From a bacterium (GTDB lineage: Bacteria > Actinomycetota > CALGFH01), in the NCBI GenBank assembly GCA_046727955.1, contig JBKPDO010000010.1, positions 5,823 to 69,822 of the forward strand: DNA of 64,000 nucleotides, given 5' to 3'. Positions 19,601 to 31,585 of this stretch are shown piece by piece (positions within the stretch are counted from its first letter, which is position 1; every line of letters begins with the position of its first letter). The position numbers and the translations under genes were made by a program. The notes beneath the pieces are model-generated. The model worked only from the letters and a program-made list of their open reading frames with translations. It was not told the origin of the DNA and searched no databases.

Positions 19601-21168
19601 ACCGGGGGGACCCCGTGACGGCGCCGCGTGAACTCGCGGTCCTTGCCCGCCGCCGCGGCCAGGCGCCGGCTCACTTCCGCCCTGAGCGCCTCCGGCTGGA
19701 CCACGGCGTCCACCACCAGGTCGGCCGCGAGCCGCACCAGGTCGACGTCCTCGCGGTACTCGCGCTGCAGCCGCTCGAACTCCTCGGCGCGCCGCTCCTC
19801 GGGCAGGGCGGCGAGCTTGTTGTAGTAGACCGCGTTGACCGCCGCCTCCGGCCCCATCACCGCGATCGAGGCGGTCGGCAGCGCCAGGGTGGCATCCGGC
19901 TCGAAGCCGGGCCCGGCCATGGCGTAAAGACCGGCGCCGTAGGCCTTGCGCACCACCACGCAGATCTTCGGGACGGTCGCCTCGCTCACCGCGGTGATCA
20001 TCTTGGCGCCGTGGCGGATGATGCCCTGCCGCTCGACCTCCGTGCCGATCATGAAGCCCGGCACGTCGGCCAGGAACACCAGCGGCAGGTTGAAGGCGTC
20101 GCAGAGCCAGATGAAGCGGGCGCCCTTGTCGGCGGAGTCCACGAACAGCACCCCGCCCTTGGCCAGCGGCTGGTTGGCGACGATGCCGACCGCCCGGCCC
20201 TCGATGCGGGCGAGCCCGGTGATCAGCTCCGGCGCGAACTCCGGCTTGATCTCGAAGAAGCTGCTCTCGTCGCTGATCGCCGCGACCAGCGGGAGCATAT
20301 CGAAGGGTTGCGACTCGTCGACGGGCACGAGCGGCGCGACCGGGCCGCTGTAGGCGGGCCCCCTTGGCTCCTCGGTGGGCGGCTCGCCGCGCCAGTTGCC
20401 CGGGAAGTAGGAGAGGTAGCGCCGCGCCGCCTGGATGGCCTCGTCCTCGTCGGCGCAGAGCAGGTCGCCGCAGCCGGAGACGCGGCAGTGCATGGCCGCG
20501 CCGCCCATCTCCTCGAGGGTGGTGCGCTCGCCGATCACCATCTCGGCCATGCGCGGCGAGCCGAGGTACATGGAGGCGTTGCCGTCCACCATGAACACCA
20601 CGTCGCAGAAGGCCGGGATGTAGGCCCCACCGGCGGCCGAGGGCCCGAACAGGCAGCAGACCTGCGGTACCCGCCCCGACAGCCGGACCTGGTTGTAGAA
20701 GATCTTCCCGGCGCCGCGGCGGCCGGGGAACATCTCGACCTGGTCGGTGATGCGCGCCCCGGCCGAGTCGACCAGCCAGACCAGCGGGACCTCGTGGCGC
20801 AGCGCGTACTCCTCGATGCGGATGATCTTCTCGACCGTTCGCGCGCCCCATGAGCCGGCCTTGACCGTCGAGTCGTTGGCCACCACCGCCACGTCGCGGC
20901 CGGCGATCCTGCCGACCCCGGTGACGACGCCGTCCGCCGGCAGGTCGCCGGCCAGGGCATTGGCCAGGAGCCCGTCCTCCACGAAGCTATCGGCGTCGTC
21001 GAGCAGCCGCCGCAGGCGCTCGCGCACGAACAGCTTGCCCTGCTCGCGCGCCTTGCTGTGGTACCGCTCGGCCCCGCCGGCGCGAGTCTGTTTCGCCAGC
21101 GCCTCGAACGCCGGCTCCGGCCGCTGCCCGGCCTCGAGCGCCCGCCTCGGTGCCCTTGGATCGCTCAT
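19597..21168 (-). CDS. Acyl-CoA carboxylase carboxyltransferase beta subunit (MCC-beta/PCC-beta family)
   Basis: Both CoA-carboxyltransferase N and C domains are present. ATGA coupling at both ends. Confidence 0.85.
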   Translation of the reverse strand: MSDPRAPRRALEAGQRPEPAFEALAKQTRAGGAERYHSKAREQGKLFVRERLRRLLDDADSFVEDGLLANALAGDLPADGVVTGVGRIAGRDVAVVANDSTVKAGSWGARTVEKIIRIEEYALRHEVPLVWLVDSAGARITDQVEMFPGRRGAGKIFYNQVRLSGRVPQVCCLFGPSAAGGAYIPAFCDVVFMVDGNASMYLGSPRMAEMVIGERTTLEEMGGAAMHCRVSGCGDLLCADEDEAIQAARRYLSYFPGNWRGEPPTEEPRGPAYSGPVAPLVPVDESQPFDMLPLVAAISDESSFFEIKPEFAPELITGLARIEGRAVGIVANQPLAKGGVLFVDSADKGARFIWLCDAFNLPLVFLADVPGFMIGTEVERQGIIRHGAKMITAVSEATVPKICVVVRKAYGAGLYAMAGPGFEPDATLALPTASIAVMGPEAAVNAVYYNKLAALPEERRAEEFERLQREYREDVDLVRLAADLVVDAVVQPEALRAEVSRRLAAAAGKDREFTRRRHGVPPV

Positions 21169-22100
21169 CCCGTCTCCCCCTGTGCCCGCTGGCCCGCGCT
21201 CAGCGCCGGCGCTCGGCGGGTGCGAGGCCCGGCGACCAGCACCTGGCTACGGAGCGGGTGGCCGACCAGCGCCCCGGCGAGCCGGGCCGCCTCGAGGAGG
21301 CGGTCGAGCTCGATGCCGGTGCCGATGCCCATGTCCTCGACCATGTGGACGACGTCCTCGCTGGCGACGTTGCCGCCCGCGCCCGGGGCGGTGGGGCTTC
21401 CGCCGAGCCCACCCACCGCGCTGTCGAAATCCACGCAGCCAGCCTGCAGCGCGGCCAGCAGATTCGCCAGGCCGGTTCCCCTGGTGTCGTGGAAGTGGCA
21501 GTTGATCGCCGGGGTCAGCGAGCGCAGCTCGGCCAGCAGCGCCTCGACCCGGGTCGGCGTGGCCATCCCGGTGGTGTCGCCAAGGGAGATCGCCCGGCAG
21601 CCGAGCTCGAGCAGCCGCCGCGCCAGCTCGACTACCCTGGCCACCGGCACGTCGCCCTCGTACGGGCAGCCCCAGGCGGTCGAGATGGTGGCCTCGACCG
21701 GCGTCTCGCCCGCCAGTCGCACCACTCCCGCGATCTGCCGCAGGGTCTGGTCGATGGTGCGGTTGACGTTGCTGGCGTTGTAGCTCTCGGAGGCGGCGAC
21801 CACCACCTGAAGCCGGTCGGCGCGGGCGGCCAGGGCGTCGCCGGCGCCGCGCTCGTTGGGCGCCAGCGCCGAGTAGGTCACCCCCGCCCGGCGGCGGATG
21901 CCGGCGAAGACCCGGTCGGTCGCGGCCATGGCGGGCACCGCCCTGGGCGAGACGAACGAGCCCACCTCGATACGCCGCACACCGGTGGCCGAGAGCGCAT
22001 CCACCAGCCGGACGCGCGCCTCGACCGGCAGCGGCGCCTCGCTCTGCAGCCCGTCGCGCGGTCCGACCTCGCGGAGGCTGATCGTCGTTGGCAGCTCCAC
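21165..22100 (-). CDS. Hydroxymethylglutaryl-CoA lyase
   Basis: EVGPRDGLQSE..HFHDTRGTGLAN..TIM-barrel HMGL signatures. Confidence 0.85.
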   Translation of the reverse strand: MELPTTISLREVGPRDGLQSEAPLPVEARVRLVDALSATGVRRIEVGSFVSPRAVPAMAATDRVFAGIRRRAGVTYSALAPNERGAGDALAARADRLQVVVAASESYNASNVNRTIDQTLRQIAGVVRLAGETPVEATISTAWGCPYEGDVPVARVVELARRLLELGCRAISLGDTTGMATPTRVEALLAELRSLTPAINCHFHDTRGTGLANLLAALQAGCVDFDSAVGGLGGSPTAPGAGGNVASEDVVHMVEDMGIGTGIELDRLLEAARLAGALVGHPLRSQVLVAGPRTRRAPALSAGQRAQGETG

Positions 22101-22235
22101 GGCACCTCGAGAAACTCAGCAAACCCGAACACGATCCTACCGGCCCCACCACTCCCCCGGCTCAGCTCACCGACACCCACCGGCACTCGGTCGCAAAGAA
22201 AAGGGATCCCCAAATGTCGAGGACCCCGGCTGGGA

Positions 22236-22916
22236 TCAGAGGCGGTCCAGGAGGTCGCGCTTCTTGCGCTGGAACTCCTCTTCGGTGATGGCGCCGCGGT
22301 CGCGCAGGCTGGCCAGCCGCTCCAGGTCGTCCAGGGTGCTCGGCGGACGGCCCCCACCGCTCATGCGCTGCCCGTTCGCCTCCATCTGGCGGTAGATCTC
22401 GACCTGGACCGCCTCTGGGTGCGGCACGTTCTCGAAAACTGACTGGCCACGCTCGCCCGCGGACTCGATCAGCAGGTCGCCGGCGCCGATCATCCGCTCC
22501 CACAGGGACTGTGTGAAGGTGACGTCGTTCAGGCGCTCGAGCGGGATCTCGCGAGAGAGCTTGGACAGCACGCCCGCGCGGAAAATCAGCCGGTCGGTGG
22601 TCAGCACGAAATGGGTCGTCACCCAGCGCAGGTAGCGGGGCAGCACGAACACCAGCAGGAGCAGCACGGCCACACCGGTCACCGCCAGCCGGACCGGCCA
22701 CAGCAGGCTGCCGCCTGGCAGCAGCGTCCAGCCCAGAGAGCCGGCGACCACCACCGCGAACCCCAGCAGGATGGGCCCCACCAACGCCCACCAGTGGGGG
22801 CGGAGGTCATAGACGACCTCTTCGTGCTCCCCCAGGAGCCGTTCCGGGAACGGCACGCGAATGACCTCCTCCGTCGCGCCGGGACGCCGGCTCCGGCCGC
22901 CGCGCGAGGGTAGCAA
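22236..22916 (-). CDS. Membrane protein with a bacterial PH domain (bPH_2/DUF304, YdbS-like) and a C-terminal SHOCT domain. Start uncertain.
   Basis: YDLRPHWWAL plus two TM helices, and C-terminal LASLRDRGAITEEEFQRKKRDLL. Confidence 0.6.
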   Translation of the reverse strand: MLPSRGGRSRRPGATEEVIRVPFPERLLGEHEEVVYDLRPHWWALVGPILLGFAVVVAGSLGWTLLPGGSLLWPVRLAVTGVAVLLLLVFVLPRYLRWVTTHFVLTTDRLIFRAGVLSKLSREIPLERLNDVTFTQSLWERMIGAGDLLIESAGERGQSVFENVPHPEAVQVEIYRQMEANGQRMSGGGRPPSTLDDLERLASLRDRGAITEEEFQRKKRDLLDRL

Positions 22917-23042
22917 CCACCGCGGCCCCGCTCAAGAGCCCACAGCCCCGCTCAAGAGCCGGGCCCGGGTCCTTGGGTCCGGACTGGGGCCGGACCGTTG
23001 CACGATCGCAACCTCCGCGGCCGATCTTGACGGATGTAGCGG

Positions 23043-24020
23043 GTGCCGTGGCCCGCGGAACACTCCCGAGGACCCTTGACACGACAACGCCTGATCCCGA
23101 GCCTGGCCGGAGCGGCTGCGCTCGCCGCCGCCCTGAGCCTGCTCGCGGGCCCCAGCCCCGGTCATCGCGGTCCCTCCACAGCCAGAGGCCAGCTCGGCGC
23201 CATGACGGCGCTGCCCAGGCTCGCCGAGCAGCGCGCTGACGAGACTCCGGGCAGGCGCCTGGCGTCAGCCCGCTGGCGTCTCGACGTCACCGTCTACTAC
23301 CTGCGCAAGGTCGGCACCGCCCGCTACCTGGTCCCTGAGGAGCACGCGGTGCCCTTCGCGACCTCCGGCGACAAGGTGGTGGCAGCCGCCGTGACCGAGC
23401 TGCTCAACGGCAGGCCGCGCTACTTCGGCGCCGAGCGGCCCTTCCCCGGTGGGACTCGCCTGCTCGACCTGCGGCTGGCTGCCGGCACCGCCACCGTGAA
23501 CCTGTCCCGCCAGGCGCTCCGGGCAGCCAGCCCCGACGGCTACCCACTGCAGACGCTGGTGTGGACGGTCACCCAGTTCCCTCCGGTCAAGCGGGTGGTC
23601 GTGCGGGTCGAGGGGCGGTCAGGCGGCTTGCTCGACGGGCGGGAGGTGTCGGACCTTCTCGGCGCCGGCGATGGTGGCGGACAGCTCGTCCGCGACCAGT
23701 CGCTGCGCGTGGCTCCCATCCTGCTCGACGAGCCGGGCGCGGAGGCGACGGTCAGCGGGGTCCGGCTTGTGGCCAGGGGCGAGGCCCGCGTCGCGAGTGG
23801 TACGGTCGGCCTGCGCCTGCGGGACAGCACCGGGAGGGTCGTCTCCCAGGGTTTCGCCACGCTGGCGGTCAGCCCACCCGCGTGGGGCAGGTTCTCTGGC
23901 GCGCTGGTGTTCGCGCCGCCGCCCCAGCGGCAGCTCTGGCGGATGGAGGCGTTCGAGGCCAGCCCGGTCGACGCCTCGGTGACCTACTCCGTGACCGTCC
24001 CGGTCTGGGTGGGCGGCTGA
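23043..24020 (+). CDS. Secreted GerMN-domain protein with C-terminal Gmad2 (Ig-like) domain. Probable TTG/alternative start near 23076.
   Basis: Signal-like LIPSLAGAAALAAALSLLAG. GerMN-type VTVYYLR..VPEEHAVP segment. C-terminal beta-rich domain. Confidence 0.6.
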   Translation: MPWPAEHSRGPLTRQRLIPSLAGAAALAAALSLLAGPSPGHRGPSTARGQLGAMTALPRLAEQRADETPGRRLASARWRLDVTVYYLRKVGTARYLVPEEHAVPFATSGDKVVAAAVTELLNGRPRYFGAERPFPGGTRLLDLRLAAGTATVNLSRQALRAASPDGYPLQTLVWTVTQFPPVKRVVVRVEGRSGGLLDGREVSDLLGAGDGGGQLVRDQSLRVAPILLDEPGAEATVSGVRLVARGEARVASGTVGLRLRDSTGRVVSQGFATLAVSPPAWGRFSGALVFAPPPQRQLWRMEAFEASPVDASVTYSVTVPVWVGG

Positions 24021-24039
24021 CTCGCCGAGACCGGCCGTC

Positions 24040-24290
24040 CCACACCGACCATGGCACAGGCGCTCTTGGGGGGCCGCCGGAGGGGTCCGGGGAACCCCGA
24101 GGGCCGGAGGGGTCCGGGGAACCCCAAGGGGGTGCCCCGGTGGGTCGGGCCCCGGTGGGTCGGGTCCCAGTGGGAAGGGGGGAGCGAGCTCCCCGTACGG
24201 CACCACGGAACGATCTTGACCTTGGGGGGCGTGGGGGGAGCGAGCTCCCCCCACATGGATAGACCTGCCCCGGGCGCCGAAGCGCGCTGT
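24040..24290. repeat. Composite dispersed repeat (REP/MITE-like). It has module A (ccgaccatggcacaggcgctcttgggggg), a 27-bp tandem (ggccggaggggtccggggaaccccgag x2), and a module B hairpin (gtggggggagcgagctccccccacatggatagacctgccc).
   Basis: It sits between convergent genes (GerMN-domain gene ends at 24020, birA ends at 24290). Near-identical modules recur at 56993-57295 and 59421-59460. Confidence 0.75.
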
Positions 24291-25123
24291 CAGACTTCTG
24301 AGCTCACGTGCTCGACGTCAGCGGTAGCTATCTCGACCCTGGCGCCGATGTCGGTGAGGATCACCAGGTTCCCCGAGGCGGTGAGGTCGACTGCCGTGCC
24401 GACCACCGGGTCGCCGCTGAGGCGCTCGGCCCGCACCCGCCGGCCCAGCGTCTCCAGCCGGTCGCGGTAGGCGAGCAGGAGCGGCGTGGTCGGCCCCGCG
24501 CCGAGGTCGCCGTAGCCGGCCATGAAGCGCCGGCCCCACGCGCCGAGCAACTCGGCCCGGTCGACTCGACGGCCGGCCGCCAGCCCCACGCTGGTCGCCC
24601 GTCCAGCCAGCTCGGCGGGGAAGTCCATGGCCTCGCCCACGTTGACGCCCATCCCGAGCACCACCCATGGGAGCCGGCCGCCAGCCTGACCTCCGGCGCC
24701 GGCCTCGGCGAGCAGCCCGGCCGCCTTGCGCCCGTCCAGCAGCAGGTCGTTCGGCCACTTGAGGCCGACCGTCGCGCGGCTGCCCGCGGCGGCCAGGACC
24801 TGGTGGACGGTGTCGGCCAGGGCCACACCGGCGAGTGAGACGATCAGCCACGCCTGCCCGATGGCGAGCGGCGGGCGCAGCACCACCGAGACCAGCAGCG
24901 CGCTGCCCGGCGGCGCCACCCAGGCGCGCCCGAGGCGGCCCCTGCCCGCGGTCTGCTCATCCGCGACCACGGTCGCACCCTCCGGCACACCGGCCTCGGC
25001 CAGCTCCGCGGCCCGCGCCATCGTAGTCGGCAGCCTGCTGGCGATCTCCAGCGGGCTGAAGAACGGCGGCAGGGCGCGCCGCAGCGCCTCCCCGTACCCG
25101 CCGGGATCACCCATGTCCCCCAA
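24290..25123 (-). CDS. birA: Biotin--[acetyl-CoA-carboxylase] ligase
   Basis: GRGRLGRAW and KWPNDLL motifs. About 277 aa, with no N-terminal HTH domain evident. Confidence 0.8.
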   Translation of the reverse strand: MGDMGDPGGYGEALRRALPPFFSPLEIASRLPTTMARAAELAEAGVPEGATVVADEQTAGRGRLGRAWVAPPGSALLVSVVLRPPLAIGQAWLIVSLAGVALADTVHQVLAAAGSRATVGLKWPNDLLLDGRKAAGLLAEAGAGGQAGGRLPWVVLGMGVNVGEAMDFPAELAGRATSVGLAAGRRVDRAELLGAWGRRFMAGYGDLGAGPTTPLLLAYRDRLETLGRRVRAERLSGDPVVGTAVDLTASGNLVILTDIGARVEIATADVEHVSSEV

Positions 25124-25415
25124 GCCTCCTGTACGCCACTGTCTGCAAGCCTTGAGCCCCGCCGAGGCGGCCGCCGCTCGACGGGAAGCCTATATGGCTC
25201 TCTACAATGCCTAGTGCCGACCCCGGACAACGGTTGCCCGGTCGGCGCCGGGCTCCCGTGGTCACCATCGTGCGCCATTCGGATCACCTGGCGAGGCGCC
25301 GGCCGGGCAGACGTTTGGAGGGGAGGCACAATTGTCCAGCAGGACTTGGCGAGGCGATCGTCCCGGACGAGGCCCGGGCGGGAGGTTCAGGGTGGCGCCA
25401 CTACAGCCGAAGCCG

Positions 25416-26960
25416 ATGAAGGAACGGATCGACGAGCTCCGCAAGCGCAAGGAGCAGGCGCTGCACGCCGGCTCCAAGCAGGCGGTCGAGACCCAGCACG
25501 CCAAGGGCAAGCTGACCGCCCGCGAGCGGATCGACGCGCTGCTCGACCCTGGCTCGTTCGTCGAGACCGACATGCTGGCGGTGCACCGCGCCACCGCCTT
25601 CGGGATGGACGAGCGGCGTATCCCCACCGACGGCGTGGTGACCGGCTACGGCAGCATCGACGGGCGCAGGGTGTGCGTGTTCAGCCAGGACTTCACCGTG
25701 TTCGGCGGGTCGCTCGGCGAGGTCATGGCGGAGAAGATCTGCAAGCTCCAGGACCTGGCGATGCGGATGGGCGTGCCGTGCATCGGCATCAACGACTCCG
25801 GCGGCGCCCGCATTCAGGAGGGCGTGGTGGCGCTCTCCGGTTACGCCGAGATCTTCTGGCGCAACGTGCAGGCGTCCGGGGTGGTGCCGCAGCTCTCGCT
25901 GATCATGGGGCCCTCGGCGGGCGGGGCGGTCTACTCACCCGCCATCACCGACTTCGTCTTCATGGTCAAGGAGACCTCCTACATGTTCATCACCGGCCCT
26001 GACGTGGTGAAGGCCGTGACCGGTGAGGACGTGACCTTCGAGGAGCTCGGTGGGGCGATGACCCACGCGGTGAAGTCCGGCACCGCGCACTTCGCCGCCG
26101 AGGACGAGGACGAGTGCTTCGACCTGGTCCGCCAGCTCCTGTCGTACCTGCCGCCCAACAACATGGAGGACCCACCGCGCCGCCAGCCGACCGACGACCC
26201 GCGCCGCGAGGACCCGACCCTTCTGGACCTGGTGCCGGACAACCCCAACCAGCCCTACGACATGCGCGAGGTCATCAAGCGCGCGGTCGACAACGGCGAG
26301 TTCACCGAGGTCCTGCAGGCGCACGCCGAGTCGATCGTGGTCGGGTTCGCCCGCCTGAACGGCCGCCCGGTCGGGGTGGTCGGCAACCAGCCGCTGCACC
26401 TGGCCGGCGTGCTCGACATCAACGCCTCGGTCAAGGGCGCCCGCTTCGTCCGCTTCTGCGACGCCTTCAACCTCCCGATCGTCAGCTTCGTTGACGTGCC
26501 AGGCTTCATGCCGGGCACCAACCAGGAGTGGGGCGGGATCATCCGGCACGGCGCCAAGCTGCTGTACGCCTACGCCGAGGCCACGGTCCCGCTGCTCACC
26601 GTGATCACGCGCAAGGCGTACGGCGGCGCCTACGACGTCATGTCGTCCAAGCCGCTGCGCGCCGACGTGAACCTCGCCTGGCCCAGCGCGGAGATCGCGG
26701 TCATGGGCCCGCAGGCGGCGGTGAACATCATCTTCCGCAGGGAGATCGAGGCGGCGGCGGATCCCGGCACTCGCCGCGACGACCTGGTGGCCGAGTACAC
26801 CGACCGCTTCGCCAACCCCTACATCGCGGCGGAGCGCGGCTACCTCGACGACGTGATCGAGCCCCAGACGACGCGCCCGCGGCTGATCCAGGCGCTGGAG
26901 ATGTGCGTCACCAAACGCGAGACCCGCCCGCCCCGCAAGCACGGAAACATACCGCTGTGA
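25416..26960 (+). CDS. Acyl-CoA carboxylase carboxyltransferase beta subunit (propionyl-CoA carboxylase beta / AccD5-like)
   Basis: Near full-length collinearity with the mycobacterial AccD5 pattern ([33 protein letters not shown]...HGNIPL). ORF-track start 25332; ATG at 25416 preferred. Confidence 0.85.
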   Translation: MKERIDELRKRKEQALHAGSKQAVETQHAKGKLTARERIDALLDPGSFVETDMLAVHRATAFGMDERRIPTDGVVTGYGSIDGRRVCVFSQDFTVFGGSLGEVMAEKICKLQDLAMRMGVPCIGINDSGGARIQEGVVALSGYAEIFWRNVQASGVVPQLSLIMGPSAGGAVYSPAITDFVFMVKETSYMFITGPDVVKAVTGEDVTFEELGGAMTHAVKSGTAHFAAEDEDECFDLVRQLLSYLPPNNMEDPPRRQPTDDPRREDPTLLDLVPDNPNQPYDMREVIKRAVDNGEFTEVLQAHAESIVVGFARLNGRPVGVVGNQPLHLAGVLDINASVKGARFVRFCDAFNLPIVSFVDVPGFMPGTNQEWGGIIRHGAKLLYAYAEATVPLLTVITRKAYGGAYDVMSSKPLRADVNLAWPSAEIAVMGPQAAVNIIFRREIEAAADPGTRRDDLVAEYTDRFANPYIAAERGYLDDVIEPQTTRPRLIQALEMCVTKRETRPPRKHGNIPL

Positions 26961-27274
26961 ACAGCGATAACGGCTTGGAGTCCGCCTTCGGCGGACGATC
27001 ATCTGACTCCGACCGCCAGACTCGGCGGTCGGCCGCCGACCGCAGAATTCTGCGGTCGGCGGGCGGGCTGCGTTTCGAGCTACTCAAGGGCACGCCGGAG
27101 GGGGACGAGGCCGAGGTGCTCGGGGCGGCGATCGACCGGCTGGTCGCCTGGGACCGCGGCCAGGAGTCGAGCGGCTGGGTCACCAGCGTGCGGCCCGGCA
27201 TCGGCCTGCGCGCCTGGAGCCCAGGCAGCCGCTGGAGCCAGAGCCTGCGCTCGTCATGGGGCGGGGATCGTTGA
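26957..27274 (+). CDS. Putative acyl-CoA carboxylase epsilon subunit (AccE-like). Start uncertain; a GTG overlaps the accD stop.
   Basis: Position between the accD-like and accA-like genes. [21 protein letters not shown] and a W/R/G-rich tail resemble actinobacterial AccE/PccE peptides. Confidence 0.4.
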   Translation: MNSDNGLESAFGGRSSDSDRQTRRSAADRRILRSAGGLRFELLKGTPEGDEAEVLGAAIDRLVAWDRGQESSGWVTSVRPGIGLRAWSPGSRWSQSLRSSWGGDR

Positions 27275-27336
27275 GCCAGTGAGCTACCCTTTGCGACAGC
27301 CCGGCTCGCCGGCACCGCGCATCGAGGAGGCACCCA

Positions 27337-29097
<1,761 letters not shown>

Positions 29098-29104
29098 GCC
29101 GCGG

Positions 29105-29512
29105 ATGACCTCTGTGGCCGCATGGGCGGCGGCGGCACCCGCCGCCCGCGACGCCGTGCTCGCGCTGGCCGAGCACGCGGTGGCGCTGCAGCCCGCCGCC
29201 GAGGCGGTGATCCAGTGGTACCGGCTCGACGAGCTGATCACGCCCGATCACGCCGAGGAGGGCCGCCGCGTCGAGCGGGCCTACCGTGACCTGCTGGAGC
29301 AGCTCCACCGCATGGCGCTCGACCCGGTCGTCACGGAACCGCTCAATGACCTGCTGGAACGGCACCTCGACCTGATCCGCCGCGCCACCGGCGGCTCCCG
29401 CCCACCGGAGGGGCTCGGTCGCCTCGCCGGTGAGCTGGTGAGCTTCCGCGACCTGCTGCGCCGCACCGCGCGCGTGCGGGGCCGCGCGGTCGCCGACGTC
29501 CCCGGCCTCTGA
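29105..29512 (+). CDS. Hypothetical protein (alpha-helical, 135 aa) immediately downstream of the accA-like gene
   Basis: ORF only. No recognisable motif. 8-bp gap to the accA stop suggests co-transcription. Confidence 0.4.
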   Translation: MTSVAAWAAAAPAARDAVLALAEHAVALQPAAEAVIQWYRLDELITPDHAEEGRRVERAYRDLLEQLHRMALDPVVTEPLNDLLERHLDLIRRATGGSRPPEGLGRLAGELVSFRDLLRRTARVRGRAVADVPGL

Positions 29513-29651
29513 GGGAGTCGGCGGTAAGGGCTCGCCGCGCAATAACTCGGCCGGTCGAGTGCCGCTCACCTCGGTGTCCTGGCCCCGGAACCACCAAGTT
29601 GTTAGTCGGCAAGCCCTAACCGACGTCCGGCACCGGCCTGGGGCTGCTCGC

Positions 29652-30197
29652 TCAGCCCTCGGCGGCGGCCCGGCCCGGCCCGTAGCTGCCGTCGAGGCGG
29701 GCGCGCAGCTCGCTCAGCTCGCGCTCGAGCCGCCCCAGCTCCTCGCCCAGGTAGTCACGAGTCGGCATCTCGCCGAGCGCGAGCCGGATCGCCGCAAGCT
29801 CGCGCGCCAGGTACTCGGTGTCGGCCAGGGCGCGGGCATTGGCCCGCCGGTCGGCGAGCATCTCTTGGCGGTCGCGCTCCTCCTGACGGTTCTGCGCCAG
29901 CAGGATCAGCGGGGCCGCGTAGGACGCCTGCAGTGACAGCGCCAGGGTCAGGAGGATGAACGGGTACGGGTCGAAGGTCTTGTGGCCGAGGCGCTGCATG
30001 AGCCCGTTGTAGGCGATCCAGCCGATGACGACGACGGTCTGGAACACCAGGTACCTGGCGGTGCCGAGGAAGCGCGCGATCCCCTCGGAGAAGCGCCCGA
30101 ACGCCTCGGGGTCGTAGTAGAGGGCGAACCGCGGCGGCGGTCGCCGCGGCGCGGTCAGGCTGGCCCGGCGCTGGATCCGGCGCGGCAACACGCTCAT
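29652..30197 (-). CDS. DUF1003 domain membrane protein
   Basis: FLGTARYLVFQTVVVIGWIAYN.. core plus a C-terminal coiled coil. The start overlaps the upstream stop by 4 nt. Confidence 0.7.
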   Translation of the reverse strand: MSVLPRRIQRRASLTAPRRPPPRFALYYDPEAFGRFSEGIARFLGTARYLVFQTVVVIGWIAYNGLMQRLGHKTFDPYPFILLTLALSLQASYAAPLILLAQNRQEERDRQEMLADRRANARALADTEYLARELAAIRLALGEMPTRDYLGEELGRLERELSELRARLDGSYGPGRAAAEG

Positions 30198-31585
30198 CCC
30201 ACGTGCTCCATCGGCTCGCCCCCACTCTTGCCGCCCTCGCCGCCGCCGCCCTCGCCGCCGCCCTCGCCGCTGCCGCCCTCGCCGCCGCCGTCACCCTTGC
30301 CGTTGCCGGTCCGGCGGTCGCCGCCGTTGCCGTTTCTGCGCGTGCGGATCGGGCCACGCCGCCAGGCGGGAGGCAGCAGATGGTCGAGCACGTCGTCCAC
30401 CGAGACCGCGCCCAGCAGCCTCGTCTGCTCGTCGCACACGGGCGCGGCCAGCAGGTCGTAGGTGGCCAGGTACTCGGCGACCCGTCTGGTCGGCAGGTTG
30501 GGCGAGAGCACGTCCAGGTCGGTGTCGATGAGGGACCCCAGCGGGGCTCCCGGCAGCTCACGCAGCAAACGCTGGAAGTGCGCCACGCCCAGGTAGCGGC
30601 CGGTCGGCGTCTGGTTGGGCGGCCGCACCACGAACACCTGCCCGGCCAGTGCCGGTGGCAGGTCCGGGTCGCGCACGCGGGCCAGCGCCTCGGCGACCGT
30701 GTCGCTGGCGCGCATGATCACCGGCTCGGTGGTCATCAGCCCGCCGGCCGTCTCCTCGTCGTAGACCAGCAGCCGGCGCACCGGCTCGGCCTCCTCGGGG
30801 ACCATGAGCGCCAGCATCCGGGCCCGCTCCGCCTCGGACATCTTGCCCAGCAGGTCGGCCGCGTCGTCCGGGTCCATGGCCTCCAGCACGTCGGCCGCGC
30901 GCTCGTCGCCCAGGCGCGCCAGCAGGCCCGCCTGCACCTCCTCGGGAAGTTGCTCCAGCGTTGCCGCCAAGCGGTCGTCGTCCAGCTCGGCGGCCATCTC
31001 CTCGCGCGTCTCGGTGGGCAGAGCGAGCAGCGCGGCCGCCACGTCGGCGGGCCGCAGGTCCGCCAGGGCGGCGAGGCGCGACTCCGCCGATTCCCCGGCC
31101 TCCAGTCCGGCCACCATGTCCCAGGGCAGGCGCAGGTGGCGGGCGCGACGCCACGGCCGCAGGCCCGATCCAGGCTCTACGACGTCCAGTGCCGAGACCA
31201 CCCAGCCCTCGCGGATCTGGCTGATGGCCACGTCGTTGATGCGGTACACCCGGCCCGTCTCGCGGTGCCGCACGCGCGCGTCCACCAGCTCTCCCAGCAC
31301 CAGCGTCTCGCCGGCGCGCAGCTCGAAGGGGCGGAGGTTCACCGTGCCCGTGGTCAGCGTGGCCCCGCTCGCGTCCAGCTCGCGAACCCGGCCCATGGCG
31401 ATGAAGATCGGCCGGCGCTGGACCCAGACGGTGAGCCCGAGCACCACGGGCGGCGAGCCCGGGGCGGCCCTGGCGATCACGACGTCCGCGATTCGACCGA
31501 TCATCTCCCCGCTCGGCGCTCGTACCGGCAGGCGGGCCAAGCGCGAGACAAAGAGCTGCTCGCTCGATAAAGCCACCCCGGTCAC
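30194..31585 (-). CDS. Cytoplasmic MgtE_N plus CBS-pair protein without the MgtE TM domain. Carries an N-terminal PRC-barrel-like region and a C-terminal Gly/Glu-rich low-complexity tail.
   Basis: MgtE_N acidic helical region (EEMAAELDDDRLAATLEQLPEE..). CBS region. Tail GNGKGDGGGEGGSGEGGGEGGGGEGG. Confidence 0.7.
   Translation of the reverse strand: MTGVALSSEQLFVSRLARLPVRAPSGEMIGRIADVVIARAAPGSPPVVLGLTVWVQRRPIFIAMGRVRELDASGATLTTGTVNLRPFELRAGETLVLGELVDARVRHRETGRVYRINDVAISQIREGWVVSALDVVEPGSGLRPWRRARHLRLPWDMVAGLEAGESAESRLAALADLRPADVAAALLALPTETREEMAAELDDDRLAATLEQLPEEVQAGLLARLGDERAADVLEAMDPDDAADLLGKMSEAERARMLALMVPEEAEPVRRLLVYDEETAGGLMTTEPVIMRASDTVAEALARVRDPDLPPALAGQVFVVRPPNQTPTGRYLGVAHFQRLLRELPGAPLGSLIDTDLDVLSPNLPTRRVAEYLATYDLLAAPVCDEQTRLLGAVSVDDVLDHLLPPAWRRGPIRTRRNGNGGDRRTGNGKGDGGGEGGSGEGGGEGGGGEGGKSGGEPMEHVG

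Noticed and set aside
17867-20851. 994-aa ORF apparently fusing the carboxylase genes
   Set aside because: The N-terminal 417 aa are an out-of-frame read-through over the carboxyltransferase gene (19597-21168). The true gene starts at MTAMTAARPF (19600), with ATGA coupling.
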